Positions 15,008 through 24,658 of a stretch of 64,000 bases of DNA are shown here, piece after piece. Each line of letters opens with the position of its first letter. Within the stretch, counting starts at the first letter, position 1. Origin of the DNA: Candidatus Krumholzibacteriota bacterium (GTDB taxonomy: Bacteria; Krumholzibacteriota; Krumholzibacteriia; JAJRXK01); the NCBI GenBank assembly GCA_963806035.1, contig CAWDWO010000004.1, positions 1-64,000 of the forward strand. Reading direction: 5' to 3'. Made by a program: the position numbers and the translations under genes. The notes under the pieces are model-generated. The model saw only the letters and a program-made list of their open reading frames with translations. It was not told the DNA's origin and made no database searches.

Positions 15008-15658
15008 TCATTCCCGGGCCAGATCCGCCTCGATTCTCTCCCCCATCGCTTTCATCGCCGCATCGAAGTAGCTGTGATCGCCCGGCAGGACCAGCAACTC
15101 CACCGGCCAGCTCGCCTTGCGCAGGAACTCCTCGTCCGCCCGCAGCGCGGGTAGATGCACCGTTCGATCCGATTCGCCCCAGAGAATGGTCACGGGAAAC
15201 GGCGCCTGGCTCGTCAGGCGAGACCTGAAATCCGGCGGACAGTCACCCGCCAGGATGAAGAGCCCACGGGGACGAAGCCCGGGCAGGCAAGCGACGCGGT
15301 AGGCTGTGGACGCGCCCTGAGAAAATCCGAAGAGATAGAGAGGAAGCTCGCCGTAGGAGGACTTCAATCGCGAGAGCAGCTCGCGCGCATAGCTCGAGAT
15401 CTGTTCGGCCTGTACTTCACGCCGGAAGCGGGTCATCCACGAGGCAACCACCTTCCCCTTACGGTTGTAGAATTGGTGTTGCCCCATCGGGCCCACCAGA
15501 AGCGCTCGGTTCACTTCCGCTTTGCGCAGTCCTTCCAAACAATGCGCGGGACGTTCGCCGTATCCATGGAAACCCAGGATGAGGCAACGGGGTTGCTCCG
15601 GGGCGTCCACCAGAGTGAAGGCCGCGGTCGTGAGGGGGAATTCGAGCCAGTGCACCAT
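15008..15658 (-). CDS. Alpha/beta hydrolase (phospholipase/carboxylesterase)
   Basis: GFHGYG, GFSQG nucleophile elbow, WGESD, GDH. Confidence 0.88.
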   Translation of the reverse strand: MVHWLEFPLTTAAFTLVDAPEQPRCLILGFHGYGERPAHCLEGLRKAEVNRALLVGPMGQHQFYNRKGKVVASWMTRFRREVQAEQISSYARELLSRLKSSYGELPLYLFGFSQGASTAYRVACLPGLRPRGLFILAGDCPPDFRSRLTSQAPFPVTILWGESDRTVHLPALRADEEFLRKASWPVELLVLPGDHSYFDAAMKAMGERIEADLARE

Positions 15659-15673
15659 GGAGAAAACGGCCCG

Positions 15674-16237
15674 CTAGGATTCGGGCGCGAAGAGGTCGAT
15701 CTGCGGCGGCTCGGTAGGCAAACCCAGAGTCTTCAGGGCGAAATCGATCCAGCCTGGCCGGTCTTCGGGGTTCAGCCGATAAGAGCTTGCGCCGAAAGCC
15801 TCCACGAGTTCGTCGATCAACTCGTCGATTTCGCTCTGGAAAGTGGCCGAGAGGGCCCTGGTTCCGTCGAAACTGGGCGGCTGCAGGATGGGGACCTTGA
15901 AGAGAGCGTCGTAGGTGGAAACCCAGGTTTCGACCAAGGGGTCGTACTCGGAGCGGCGGCCCAGGCGATGCACCAGATAGGCGTAGTTGTCCAGCACCGA
16001 GCGATCACAGACCACGGTGTCGAAGAGATTGCCGGCATTGATCTCCTGCGCGATTTGAGTGTGGAGAATCCAGGCCTGCGCCTCCAGAGTGGTCTGCTGA
16101 TTGATGGGAAGTGGGCAGTGGCGCGCGACTTCGCGCACGATATCGACGTTCAGATCGAGCCGTTTTAGCCGAGCGGCCAGGTCGAAACAGAGGGTCGTCT
16201 TCCCCACTCCGTGAGTGCCGATGAACGCGATCTTCAT
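15674..16237 (-). CDS. P-loop NTPase/kinase (AAA_28, NadR/NMP-kinase-like)
   Basis: MKIAFIGTHGVGKTT Walker A, EVAR, VCDRSVLDNYAY, YDALF, DGTR. Confidence 0.85.
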   Translation of the reverse strand: MKIAFIGTHGVGKTTLCFDLAARLKRLDLNVDIVREVARHCPLPINQQTTLEAQAWILHTQIAQEINAGNLFDTVVCDRSVLDNYAYLVHRLGRRSEYDPLVETWVSTYDALFKVPILQPPSFDGTRALSATFQSEIDELIDELVEAFGASSYRLNPEDRPGWIDFALKTLGLPTEPPQIDLFAPES

Positions 16238-16315
16238 GAGCCGCACGATACCACACAGACCGGGCGGAACAAGACGGTACTTGTGAGCCTGAGAAAATCG
16301 ACTAATCTGGCGCCC

Positions 16316-18055
16316 ATGCCTTTGTTCCAACGCATCGCATCACTGCTTCGTCCCAGCTCGGGATCCACCGGCCGCCTGGTCTTTCTCTCGGCGATCGTGG
16401 GGGTCGTCGGGGGGCTCGCCGCACCCGCGTTCATGTGGATGCTCCGCATCGCCTCCCACTACCTGCTGCAGGGGATCGCCGGCTATGTCCCCCCCGGACT
16501 GGCCTCGGAGGGTTCCACGGGCCTGGAAGTGATTGGGGCCCACGGGCTGTGGCTCATCCCGGTTTCCACCACCATTGGCGGCATTCTCTCCGGTCTCATC
16601 GTCTTCCGCTTCGCGCCGGAGGCCGAGGGACACGGGACCGACGCCGCCATCAGCGCCTTCCACGAGAAGGGGGGCGCGGTGCGCGGGCGGGTGCCCCTGG
16701 TGAAGTCGATCAGTTCCGCCCTGACCATCGGCTCGGGCGGCGCGGCGGGACGAGAGGGCCCGGTGGCGCAGATCAGTGCCGGTTTCGGCTCGATCATGGC
16801 CGAGTGGCTGGGTTGCTCGCCGCGGGAACGGCGTCTTCTGGTCCTGGCCGGGGTGGCGGCCGGACTTTCGGCTATTTTTCGCTCCCCCCTGGGGACCGCG
16901 GTCTTTGCAGTGGAAGTCCTCTACTCGACCATGGAGTTCGAGGCCCGCGCCCTCATCTACACCATCATGGCCGCCGTGGTGGCCTATGCCGTCAACGGCA
17001 TCTTCGTGGGCTTCGACCCCATTTTCAGCCTTCCGGCCGGGCTGACCTTCAACCGCATCGACACGCTCTTCTGGTTCGCCGTCCTGGGAGTCTTCACCGG
17101 TCTGGCCGCCGCCACTCTCCCCTGGCTGTACTACCGCACCCATCAGCTCTTCCACGCGCTTCCAGGACCGCGCTTCTTGGGCCCCGCGCTGGGCGCGTTG
17201 ATCTTGGGTCTTTTGGGATTGGTGCTCCCGCAGATCCTGGGCGGCGGTTACGGCTGGATGCAGATGGCGATGGACGGCAAGCTCGCGATCGGGCTCTTGC
17301 TCCTCTTGGCCGTGGCCAAGATGGTGGCGATGTCCTTGACCGTGGCCTCGGGGGGATCGGGCGGTGTCTTTGCGCCGAGCCTCTTCGTGGGGACCTTCCT
17401 CGGCGCGGCACTCGCTCTCGCGGTGAACCGGATTTTCCCGGCCTCGGAGTGCTCGGTCGCTGCCTTCGCGGTGGTCGGCATGGCTTCGTTTTTTTCCGGA
17501 GCGGCCCGGGTTCCCATCGCCACCATGCTGATGGTCATGGAGATGACTGGAGGCTACGGGCTCTTGGTGCCGACCATGCTCGCGGTCATTTTGAGTTATC
17601 TGATCGAGTCGAAGGTGACCACGGGCTGGCGTTGGCCCAGCCTCTACGAAGCCCAGGTGCCCACTCGTGCGGATTCACCGGTTCATCACGAGGAATACAC
17701 CCTGCGCGCGATGGACCTCATACGCTCCGGGCGTGCCCGTTTGCCTCGCGAGGCGACGCCGGCCCACCTGGTGAACCTGCTGCAGATGGGAACCCCCATT
17801 CCCATCGGAGGCACCGGGCGCAGTCTCTGCCGCTGCCGCGTGCGCGAGGGGGCTCCGGGTGCCGGGAAGACGCTGCGTGACCGGCCCTTCGGTCCGCACA
17901 TTCAGTTGCTCTCGATTTTGCGCAGGGGAGAAGTCATCGATCCCTTCCCCGACACGGTGTGCCTGGTGGGAGATGAGTTGATCTGCTTGCTCTCTCCGGA
18001 TGCCTTCGATCACGCCAGCGACAGCCTGGAGTTGATCACGCGGCCCGGTAACTGA
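16316..18055 (+). CDS. ClC-family chloride channel/antiporter with C-terminal TrkA-C (RCK-C) domain
   Basis: GHGTD, GSGGAAGREGP, GGVFAPSL, SLY; C-terminal GKTLRD...ILRRGEVIDPFPDT. Confidence 0.9.
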   Translation: MPLFQRIASLLRPSSGSTGRLVFLSAIVGVVGGLAAPAFMWMLRIASHYLLQGIAGYVPPGLASEGSTGLEVIGAHGLWLIPVSTTIGGILSGLIVFRFAPEAEGHGTDAAISAFHEKGGAVRGRVPLVKSISSALTIGSGGAAGREGPVAQISAGFGSIMAEWLGCSPRERRLLVLAGVAAGLSAIFRSPLGTAVFAVEVLYSTMEFEARALIYTIMAAVVAYAVNGIFVGFDPIFSLPAGLTFNRIDTLFWFAVLGVFTGLAAATLPWLYYRTHQLFHALPGPRFLGPALGALILGLLGLVLPQILGGGYGWMQMAMDGKLAIGLLLLLAVAKMVAMSLTVASGGSGGVFAPSLFVGTFLGAALALAVNRIFPASECSVAAFAVVGMASFFSGAARVPIATMLMVMEMTGGYGLLVPTMLAVILSYLIESKVTTGWRWPSLYEAQVPTRADSPVHHEEYTLRAMDLIRSGRARLPREATPAHLVNLLQMGTPIPIGGTGRSLCRCRVREGAPGAGKTLRDRPFGPHIQLLSILRRGEVIDPFPDTVCLVGDELICLLSPDAFDHASDSLELITRPGN

Positions 18056-18063
18056 GAACGCCC

Positions 18064-21000
18064 TCAGACCATCCGCCGGTATTCTCCGCCCACTTCGTAC
18101 AGAGCGTGAGTGATCTGGCCCAGCGTGGCCACTTTCACCGTCTCCATGAGTTCCTCGAAGACGTTCTCGCCGTTGATGGCGACTCTCTGCAGGCGCGCGA
18201 GCGCGTCCTTCGCCTCGCTCTGATGGCGGCGCTGGAAGCGCTGACAGCCGTCGATCTGGCGCTCCTTGGCCTCCTTGGAAGCACGGATGAGCTGTCCCGC
18301 CTCCAGCTGGTTCTCGCTCTTGTTCGGGTCGAGAAAACTGTTCACTCCGATGATGGGCAGCTCGCCGGAGTGCTTCTTGGTCTCGTAGAGCAGACTCTCC
18401 TCCTGGATGCGTCCACGCTGATACTGGGTTTCCATCGCGCCCAGAACCCCGCCACGATCACTCAGGCGATCGAATTCGGCCAGGACCGCTTCCTCCACGA
18501 GATGCGTCAACTGTTCCACGAAATACGAGCCCTGTAGGATGTTCTCGTTCTTCATGAAACCCAGCTCCCGGTTGATGATGAGCTGGATTGCCAGAGCGCG
18601 GCGCACGCTCTCCTCGGTCGGCGTGGTGACCGCTTCGTCGTAGGCATTGGTGTGCAGACTGTTGCAGTTGTCCGCCAAGGCCATCAGAGCCTGAAGGGTA
18701 GTGCGAATGTCGTTGAAGGCGATTTCTCTGGCGTGCAGCGAGCGCCCGCTGGTCTGGATGTGATACTTGAGCTTCTGGCTGCGCTCGTTGGCGTGGAACA
18801 GCCGCTTCATGGCCACAGCCCAAATGCGCCGCGCGACCCTGCCGATGACCGTGTATTCGGGGTCGAGGCCGTTGGAGAAGAAGAAACTCAGATTGGGCGC
18901 CACCTCATCGATCGACATTCCACGACTCAAGTAGTGCTCGACGTATGTGAAGCCGTTGGCCAGGGTGAATGCGAGTTGAGAGATGGGATTCGCGCCCGCT
19001 TCGGCGATGTGATAGCCGCTGATACTCACGCTGTAGTAGTTGCGCACCTTGTGATCGATGAAGTATTGCTGGATGTCCCCCATCATCTTGAGCGCGAAAT
19101 CGGTGGAGAAGATGCAGGTATTCTGGGCCTGATCCTCCTTCAGGATGTCGGCCTGGACGGTTCCCCTCACGATCTTGAGCGTGTGTTCCTTGATCCGCGC
19201 GTACTCCTTCGGCGGAAGAAGCTGATCTCCCGGCACCCCAAGCAGATCCAGACCGAAACCGTCGTGCGTGGACGGCAGCTCTCCGTGGTAGCTGGGCGAT
19301 CCCGCACCCCTCTCCTGCAATATCTGGTCGCGCCGCGCGCGCGCCTCTTCAAACTTGCCATTCTCCTTCAGCCAGCGCTCGCACTCCTGGTCGATCGCGG
19401 TATTCAGGAACATGGCCAGGATCATGGGAGCAGGGCCATTGATGGTCATGCTCACCGAAGTCGAGGGATCGGTGAGATGAAATCCGCTATAGAGGCGTTT
19501 CATGTCGTCGAGGCTACAGATGGAGACTCCGCTCTCGCCCACCTTGCCGTAGATGTCCGGCCGGTGCCCCGGATCCTCACCATAGAGAGTGACCGAATCA
19601 AAGGCAGTCGAGAGACGCTTGGCCTTGCTGTCCTTGCTGAGATAGTGAAAGCGGAGATTGGTCTGCTCGGGAGGCCCCTCTCCCGCGAACATGCGAGCGG
19701 GCTCCTCTTCGGGACGCTTGAAGGGGAACACCCCGGCCGTGTAGGGCCATTTTCCGGGCACGTTTTCCTCCAGGAGGAAACGGACCTGATCGCCCTTGTC
19801 TTCGGTGGAGGGAAGCACCACGCGCGCGATCGGAGTGCCCGAGAGAGAACGCGTATTCAGTTGGTTGCGGATCTCCTTGTCCCGGATGCGCACCACCATT
19901 TCGTCTCGCTGGTAGGCCTCTCTCAGTTCGTCGAAACTGTCCAGGGCCGCCGCGATGCCCGGATCCAGTCCGGCCCGTGCCTCCTCGAGTTTCGCCGAAA
20001 GCGCCGCACCATGTTCTTCACCGACTTCCTCGAGAGCCCGCTGCAAGGCATCCACCCTCCGCGCCGCCTTTACCTGCTGCTCGGTGTGCTGATGGTGCTC
20101 GCGAAGGGTCTCGGCGATCTCCGAGAGATAGCGCAAGCGCGAGGGGTCGATGAGGTGCGTCTTGACGTCGGTCTGCTGGCGGCAAGGGATCTCGAGAGTG
20201 CTGTCCCACTTTCCCTCGCTGAGCTTTGCGAGTTCGACCATGAGCGCCTTGTAGAAGGCATTGACTCCCTCGTCGTTGAAGCGCGAAGCCATGGTGCCAA
20301 AGACGGGAAGCTCCTCGATGGGCGTCGAGGGATCGATGTCCTGTTCGCGGCGTAGCTGTTTGCAGACGTCGCGGAAGGCATCCTCGCTGCCACGCCGATC
20401 GAACTTGTTCACCACCACCATCTTGGCGTAGTCCAACATCTCGATCTTCTCGAGCTGCGTGGGAGCGCCGAATTCGCTGGTCATGACGTAGATGGGGATG
20501 TCGCATACCTCGACGATACCGGCGTCGCCCTGGCCGATTCCGCTGGTCTCCACGATCACCAGATCGAAACCAGCCGCCTGCGCCACCGCGATGGCATCCC
20601 GGATGGCTCCGGAGAGCTCTCCCTTGCTTTGCCTGGTGGCAAGGCTGCGCATGTAAGCGCGCTCGTGATGCACCGCGTTCATGCGCAATCGATCACCGAG
20701 AAGTGCGCCGCCGGTGCGCCTTTTCGAGGGGTCGACGCTCAACACGGCCACGCTGCGATCCTTCCAGTCGAGCAGAAATCTGCGCACGATCTCGTCGGTC
20801 AAGCAGCTCTTGCCGGCGCCCCCGGTCCCGGTCAATCCCACCACGGGGGCGAGAGTGCCTTTGGGCCGATCCTTCAGGATTGCCGTGACCTCGCGAAATG
20901 CTTTGCTGTCCTCTCCTTCGCGCTCCACCAGGGAGATCCATCGAGCGACCGTCGTCCAACGCCCAAATCCGTTCTCGCTCTGCGCGGGCGCTTCTTTGGG

Positions 21001-21486
21001 CGCGGGACAGAGAAAATCGCTGCGGCGCATCATGTCGAAGACGATGCCGTCCAAGCCCAGAGCCCGGCCGTCGTCCGGACTGTAGATGCGTTCCACCCCT
21101 TCCTTCTGAAGAATGGCGATCTCGTCGGGAACGATCACGCCGCCGCCGCCGCCGAAGATCTTGACGTGCTGGGCGCCCTTCTGATCCAGAAGCTCCCGCA
21201 TGTAGCGGAAGTACTCCATGTGCCCACCTTGATAACTGGAAACGGCAATGGCCTGAGCGTCTTCCTGAATCGCGGCGTCCACGACCTCCTCGGCGGCGCG
21301 GTTGTGGCCGAGGTGAATGACTTCGGCTCCGTGGCGTTGCAAGAGGCGGCGGAAGATGTTGATGGCCGCGTCGTGGCCGTCGAAGAGTCCGGCGGCAGTC
21401 ACGAAGCGCAGCGGATGCTCGGGTTTGTAGGAATGGGCGGAGGAATCTGCCTGCTGCTTCGCGGTGGGAGAAATCGCTGGATTCAT
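18064..21486 (-). CDS. icmF: Fused isobutyryl-CoA mutase/MeaI GTPase
   Basis: B12-binding FDGHDAAIN/HLGHNR, GTPase GTGGAGKS/NKFD, mutase RMFAG, LSTAFD, GTVQADILKE, SISGYHI, HTNAYDEA. Confidence 0.95.
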   Translation of the reverse strand: MNPAISPTAKQQADSSAHSYKPEHPLRFVTAAGLFDGHDAAINIFRRLLQRHGAEVIHLGHNRAAEEVVDAAIQEDAQAIAVSSYQGGHMEYFRYMRELLDQKGAQHVKIFGGGGGVIVPDEIAILQKEGVERIYSPDDGRALGLDGIVFDMMRRSDFLCPAPKEAPAQSENGFGRWTTVARWISLVEREGEDSKAFREVTAILKDRPKGTLAPVVGLTGTGGAGKSCLTDEIVRRFLLDWKDRSVAVLSVDPSKRRTGGALLGDRLRMNAVHHERAYMRSLATRQSKGELSGAIRDAIAVAQAAGFDLVIVETSGIGQGDAGIVEVCDIPIYVMTSEFGAPTQLEKIEMLDYAKMVVVNKFDRRGSEDAFRDVCKQLRREQDIDPSTPIEELPVFGTMASRFNDEGVNAFYKALMVELAKLSEGKWDSTLEIPCRQQTDVKTHLIDPSRLRYLSEIAETLREHHQHTEQQVKAARRVDALQRALEEVGEEHGAALSAKLEEARAGLDPGIAAALDSFDELREAYQRDEMVVRIRDKEIRNQLNTRSLSGTPIARVVLPSTEDKGDQVRFLLEENVPGKWPYTAGVFPFKRPEEEPARMFAGEGPPEQTNLRFHYLSKDSKAKRLSTAFDSVTLYGEDPGHRPDIYGKVGESGVSICSLDDMKRLYSGFHLTDPSTSVSMTINGPAPMILAMFLNTAIDQECERWLKENGKFEEARARRDQILQERGAGSPSYHGELPSTHDGFGLDLLGVPGDQLLPPKEYARIKEHTLKIVRGTVQADILKEDQAQNTCIFSTDFALKMMGDIQQYFIDHKVRNYYSVSISGYHIAEAGANPISQLAFTLANGFTYVEHYLSRGMSIDEVAPNLSFFFSNGLDPEYTVIGRVARRIWAVAMKRLFHANERSQKLKYHIQTSGRSLHAREIAFNDIRTTLQALMALADNCNSLHTNAYDEAVTTPTEESVRRALAIQLIINRELGFMKNENILQGSYFVEQLTHLVEEAVLAEFDRLSDRGGVLGAMETQYQRGRIQEESLLYETKKHSGELPIIGVNSFLDPNKSENQLEAGQLIRASKEAKERQIDGCQRFQRRHQSEAKDALARLQRVAINGENVFEELMETVKVATLGQITHALYEVGGEYRRMV

Positions 21487-21524
21487 GTCGGCAATCTCTT
21501 GGGAGGAAAGGAGTTGGATCGTCA

Positions 21525-21584
21525 CAGTATCATTGAGCAGCATACTGCCAGGCCCCGCATTGAGCAAGGCGCGGCTCAATGCGG
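21525..21584 (-). promoter_or_regulatory. icmF promoter region with repeated operator-like motif
   Basis: Minus strand TTGCTC-N17-TATGCT; three copies of CATTGAGC; 11-bp inverted repeat at 21555-21584. Confidence 0.45.
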
Positions 21585-21586
21585 CC

Positions 21587-22678
21587 TCAATTCGCCAGTT
21601 TTCTGGAGAGTTTTGCCGCCGCCGCGGTGAGTCCCAGAGTTCGTGCCTCCTCGACGCTGGCCCAGCGCAGCTCCTCGCTCGCGCCTTCGACCTCTCCTGA
21701 CACCGCGAAGGCGGTGAGCGTGATGCGATGGAAGGTGATGCTGTGCCTCACGGTGGCCAGGCGTTCCCTCACTCGCCACTCGGCGTGATACTCGCGACCG
21801 AGATTTGCGAGTCGAGTCCTCGCCTCCTTCTCGTCCAGCTCTCCCGGGTGCCAGTCCGTGGTCGGCAGTTCCCACAGACCTTCGTTGTGCCCCCCCGCCG
21901 GGCGGCGCCGCCACAGCAACTTCTCATTCTTGCGCAAGATGGCGGCATAGGAGGCCACTTCCTCGACACGACGAGCGGCAGCACGCTCGGGCAGGCTCGC
22001 GACCCGCCCCTCTCTGTATGCCCTACATTCTCTCGCCCAAGGGCAGCTCTCGCACGAAGGGCGCTTCGGCAGACACACCAACGCTCCGAGTTCCATCAGA
22101 GCCTGAGTGAACAGCTGCGGCGCTTGCGTCTGCATGAGAATTTGCGCCGCTTCCCGGATGGCGCGCGCGGTGGCGCCGCTTTTGGGATTCCCCTCGAGCG
22201 CGAAGACGCGCGAGAGAACCCGCTCCACGTTTCCGTCCACCGCAGGAACCGCTTCGTCAAAGGCGATGCTGGCCACCGCGGCCGCAGTGTAAGCACCCAG
22301 ACCGGGCAGCTCGCGCAGAGCGGTGTACTGTCTCGGAAGACTCCCCTTGTGTTCTTCCTGAACCCGTTTGGCGGCCTGGTGCAGCAAGCGCGCCCGCCGG
22401 TAGTAACCCAGGCCGGCCCACTCGGCCAGGAGCTCACTCAACTCCGCCTCAGCAAGCGACTTGAGAGTGGGAAAGCGGCGAAGGAAGCGCTCCCATCGCC
22501 CCTTGACCGCTTCTACCCGAGTCTGCTGCAGCATGACTTCACTGATCCAGATCGCGTAGGGGTCGCGGGTATTCCGCCAGGGAAGCTCACGGTGTTCCAG
22601 CTCGTACCAATCGACGAGGGATTGGCCGAGCGTGCGACCGAGTCGCGCGGTCAAGACTGCTCGGGAGTCGTTCTTCAA
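21587..22678 (-). CDS. mutY: A/G-specific adenine glycosylase
   Basis: RELPWR, WISEVMLQQT, GLGYY, LPGLGAYTA, VDGNVERV, C-X6-C-X2-C-X5-C and NUDIX-like tail; TTG start with GGAGG. Confidence 0.95.
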   Translation of the reverse strand: MKNDSRAVLTARLGRTLGQSLVDWYELEHRELPWRNTRDPYAIWISEVMLQQTRVEAVKGRWERFLRRFPTLKSLAEAELSELLAEWAGLGYYRRARLLHQAAKRVQEEHKGSLPRQYTALRELPGLGAYTAAAVASIAFDEAVPAVDGNVERVLSRVFALEGNPKSGATARAIREAAQILMQTQAPQLFTQALMELGALVCLPKRPSCESCPWARECRAYREGRVASLPERAAARRVEEVASYAAILRKNEKLLWRRRPAGGHNEGLWELPTTDWHPGELDEKEARTRLANLGREYHAEWRVRERLATVRHSITFHRITLTAFAVSGEVEGASEELRWASVEEARTLGLTAAAAKLSRKLAN

Positions 22679-22783
22679 GCGGGATCCTCCGTTGACACTT
22701 CTCGTAGGACGCGGTGAATATAGAGCTTGGTGCATCGGCCGTCCATTCACTCGCGCCCCACTCCTTTCTCCGAGGAGGCAGAC

Positions 22784-24577
22784 ATGGCGGTAGAGACTCT
22801 CGTCGATCTCTTCACGACGGCGGTTCGAGAACATCCCCGAGCGGACATGTTTGCCTTCAAGCGCGATGGCGAATGGCATCGCATTTCGAGCGATGAGACC
22901 CTTGCCGCGGTAAGGGAACTCAGCGAGGGTCTGGCCAGCGTCGGACTCAAAGAGGGCGAGCACGTCGCGATCCTGAGTCAGAATCGACTCGACTGGATTC
23001 TGGCCGACCAGGCGATCTTGCGTCTCAAGGGAGTGGTGGTCACGCTCTACCCCACACTCTTGCCCAGCCAGGTCGAGTTCATTCTGTGCGACAGCGAGGC
23101 CAGCGCCATTTTCGTCGAGGACGAGCAGCAGCTGGAAAAGGTCGAATCCGTCCGCGCGCGCTGTCCCAAGCTGCGAACCATCATCTCCTTCGAGTCGATT
23201 CATCGCGCCGGCATCTACTCTCTACAGCAGCTGCGTGAGCTCGGACTGGTTCAGTTGGAAAGGCACCCCGAAGAGGCGGATGCACGAGGCAGGGGAATCG
23301 AACCCACGGACCTGGCCACGCTCATCTACACCAGTGGAACCACCGGTGATCCCAAGGGAGTGATGCTGAGTCACCGCAACATCGTGAGCAACGTGATCAA
23401 CGGTCTGAAGGCCTTCGACCTCGGCCCCTCGGACAGATGCCTGTCATTCCTTCCCCTCTCCCATGTCCTGGAACGCACCGCGGGCTACTACATCATGGTC
23501 CACAGCGGGGTGGGCATCGCATTCGCCGAATCCATCGAGACGGTCGCCGAGAACATGGGCGAGGTCAGACCCACGGTGATGATCTCGGTTCCCAGGCTCT
23601 ACGAGAAGATCTACTCCAGGGTCCTGGCCCTCGCGGTGGCGGGATCTGCTATCAAGCGCGGCATCTTCTTCTGGGCCAAGGCGACCGGCGAGGCCTGGGT
23701 AAAGCAGAAGCTGGCTCCGGCGCGCATTTCACCGTTCTTGGCCGCCAAGAAATCTCTCGCGGACCGATTGGTGTTCCGCAAACTGCGAATGAAGACCGGC
23801 GGCAGACTGAGATTCTTCATCTCCGGTGGCGCGCCGCTGGCCAAGGAAATCGCGGAGTTCTTCTACGCGGCGGGCATGGTCATCTACGAGGGTTACGGGC
23901 TCACGGAAACCTCGCCGGTGATCGCGGTCAACAACGCGAAAGCATTCCGTCCCGGCACCGTCGGTCCGCCCATCTCCGGGGTAGAGGTCGAGATTGCTCA
24001 AGACGGAGAGATTCTCACCCGAAGCCCCTCGGTAATGATGGGCTACTGGAAACGACCCGAGGATACTGCCGAAGTGCTCATCGACGGCTGGCTCCATACC
24101 GGCGACATAGGGCAGCTCAGCGAGGACGGCTTTCTTCAGATCACCGACCGCAAAAAGGACATCATCGTCACCGCGGGCGGTAAGAACGTGGCGCCCCAAC
24201 CCATCGAGAACGAGATCAAGCTGAGCCGTTACGTGACGGAAGCCTGCCTGATCGGTGACAAGCGAAAGTACATCGTTGCCCTGCTGGTGCCCAACTTCGA
24301 GAGTCTGGACGAATACGCCGCGCGCAACGAGCTGCGATTCGAGGAGCGCCGGGAGCTTTTGAACTCGAGTCCAATCCAGGGCCTGTTCCAACACCTCATC
24401 GACAAGGTGAATCAGAATCGACCCAGCTACGAACAGGTGAAGTACTTCCGGCTTCTGGATCACGAGTTCAGCCAGGAGGAGGACGAACTCACCCCTTCCA
24501 TGAAGGTCAAACGCCGTGTGATCCAGGCGCGCTACGCGCAGATCCTCGAAGAGATGTACGCTGGCGAAGAAGGCTGA
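22784..24577 (+). CDS. fadD: Long-chain fatty acid-CoA ligase (AMP-forming)
   Basis: IYTSGTTGDPKG, SFLPLSH, EGYGLTE, LHTGD, DRKKD, ELTPSMK; RBS GAGGAGG. Confidence 0.93.
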   Translation: MAVETLVDLFTTAVREHPRADMFAFKRDGEWHRISSDETLAAVRELSEGLASVGLKEGEHVAILSQNRLDWILADQAILRLKGVVVTLYPTLLPSQVEFILCDSEASAIFVEDEQQLEKVESVRARCPKLRTIISFESIHRAGIYSLQQLRELGLVQLERHPEEADARGRGIEPTDLATLIYTSGTTGDPKGVMLSHRNIVSNVINGLKAFDLGPSDRCLSFLPLSHVLERTAGYYIMVHSGVGIAFAESIETVAENMGEVRPTVMISVPRLYEKIYSRVLALAVAGSAIKRGIFFWAKATGEAWVKQKLAPARISPFLAAKKSLADRLVFRKLRMKTGGRLRFFISGGAPLAKEIAEFFYAAGMVIYEGYGLTETSPVIAVNNAKAFRPGTVGPPISGVEVEIAQDGEILTRSPSVMMGYWKRPEDTAEVLIDGWLHTGDIGQLSEDGFLQITDRKKDIIVTAGGKNVAPQPIENEIKLSRYVTEACLIGDKRKYIVALLVPNFESLDEYAARNELRFEERRELLNSSPIQGLFQHLIDKVNQNRPSYEQVKYFRLLDHEFSQEEDELTPSMKVKRRVIQARYAQILEEMYAGEEG

Positions 24578-24597
24578 GCACGGATTCTCTCGGCAAT

Positions 24598-24634
24598 GAA
24601 GAGGCTCCTCCCGCAAAGGAGGAGCCTTTCGTTT
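24598..24634 (+). terminator. Intrinsic terminator between convergent genes
   Basis: GAGGCTCCTCC-CGCAAA-GGAGGAGCCTTTC-GTTT. Confidence 0.7.
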
Positions 24635-24658
24635 GCAGATCTTTGTCTGCGAGGCGGC

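Noticed and set aside
14993..15012. NrdR-box-like CAAGATGTGG (also CAATATCTGA near 27574)
   Set aside because: Single imperfect copies, not upstream of ribonucleotide reductase genes.
22692..22725. TTGACA upstream of fadD as a promoter
   Set aside because: No convincing -10 element at 16-18 nt spacing.
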